From: Trypanosoma brucei
Lineage: Eukaryota
Length of the DNA: 64,000 bases
Assembly (NCBI GenBank): GCA_000002445.1
Contig: CH464491.1
Location: 2,240,001 to 2,304,000 of the forward strand
Reading direction: 5' to 3'
A program made the position numbers and the translations under genes. Below, piece by piece: positions 63,032-64,000 of the stretch (position 1 is the stretch's first letter; each line of letters begins with the position of its first letter). A model generated the notes under the pieces. It did not search any database, had not been told where the DNA came from, and saw nothing but the letters and a program-made list of their open reading frames with translations.

Positions 63032-64000
63032 AGCATATTTCGTGGGGCTAGCCTCATGGTTTGCTACGTTTTTTTTTATATTTGTGTTTTCCCCACCTTC
63101 TTAGTTCGTGCAAGTGAGAGTAAGTGCTTTGTGTAAGCATGAGTGGGAAGCGCACCTGCTTTTTCTTTCCTGTTTTCTTTTTTGCTTTTGTACATTTATT
63201 CACGTTCTGTCTTGGTCATATTTTTCATCTATTCTTGTACCGTAGATATTATGCACTACTTCGATTTCCAAAACTTTTGTTTTTTTTCTTTGAATCTATT
63301 TTTATGTGTGTGTGTGTGTGTGCTCATGGGTTCATGGGTTTTGTTGTTTCTTGCAAAACTACTTGGCGGAACTTCAGTTACCCACTTGTGCGACGGCACG
63401 ACGCCTGAAAGTGTGGGTATAAAAGGGAATAGGGGGGGGGAAGTAGTTCAACCGAAAGAAGTTCAACACCACGAGCAAAGTGTCATTATTATTATTATTA
63501 CTTTACCCTTTTTTTTTCCTTTTATTTCCCTTATTTTATTACCTTTTTAAAAAAATTCTCAATTCCTTCATTATGCAGTAGATGATTCCTCCGTCGTGTT
63601 GTGTGTTTTTATGAAGGCGGTTGAAAGAAAAGAAGTCAGTCAAGGGAAATAATGGAAATAAAAGGAAAGGAAATGAAGCGCACGTCACAACACTGGAGGG
63701 ATAGGTTACTGAATGAAATAGTGAGTATATCTACGTACGTGCATGTATTAGTATATATTTATTTATTTCAACGTATGTTATTAGTACCTCACAACTCGAC
63801 CGCACTGCTCCTTCAGACAAGCACTCCTTTGCGAATTTTTTTTCTGAAAGTTTGATGTATGCGTGTTTGTGTGCGTGCGTGGGTGGGAACGTGTTGTTAA
63901 TTCGTTCGGTTGCGCGTTGGTGGTTGGGCGACGCGACTATTACTTTTGCGCGTTTACTTTTTTTTTGTTTTTTGTAAGCTCCTCTCGCCTTCCACAGCTT

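Overview
The window reads as a single co-directional polycistronic transcription unit from a kinetoplastid nuclear genome. Gene content and order (RAD51, 40S S26, RAD50, an Aurora-family kinase, then a series of mostly unremarkable eukaryotic genes) are most consistent, as an inference from memory only, with a Trypanosoma brucei-group chromosome-11-like locus. All 26 protein-coding genes I can support lie on the + strand. Each is preceded by a polypyrimidine tract, which is the expected trans-splice acceptor context. They are separated by 0.3-2.7 kb pyrimidine- and AT-rich spacers that contain many (TA)n, (TG)n and (CA)n microsatellites and homopolymer tracts. I see no rRNA, tRNA, SL-RNA, CRISPR, retroposon or strand-switch region. 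The supplied ORF track treats GTG and TTG as start codons, so several CDS starts were moved to the first in-frame ATG. Confidently recognised genes are RAD51, ribosomal protein S26, RAD50 (Walker A/B, zinc hook, signature motif), an Aurora-like kinase, a ZMYND10-like protein, a TPR plus MYND-type zinc-finger protein, a membrane-anchored alpha-carbonic anhydrase, a WD40 protein, an RNB-domain 3'-5' exoribonuclease, a seven-finger C2H2 zinc-finger protein, katanin p60, NADPH-cytochrome P450 reductase, an RNase III-domain protein with a mitochondrial-presequence-like N-terminus, and a J-domain protein. The remainder are lineage-specific hypotheticals. Because this is a eukaryotic polycistron, I find no compact prokaryote-style 'system'. 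The observations most worth a second look are listed as findings: the ZMYND10-like/TPR-MYND neighbour pair, the intact-active-site membrane alpha-carbonic anhydrase, the putatively mitochondrial RNase III, a divergent carnitine/choline-acyltransferase-like protein, a GC-rich island inside an unusually long 2.7 kb spacer, recurrent C(n)A(n) and T(n)A(n) junction tracts, a G14 run and a perfect hairpin. Every functional call is from motif recognition by eye, and no database search was possible.
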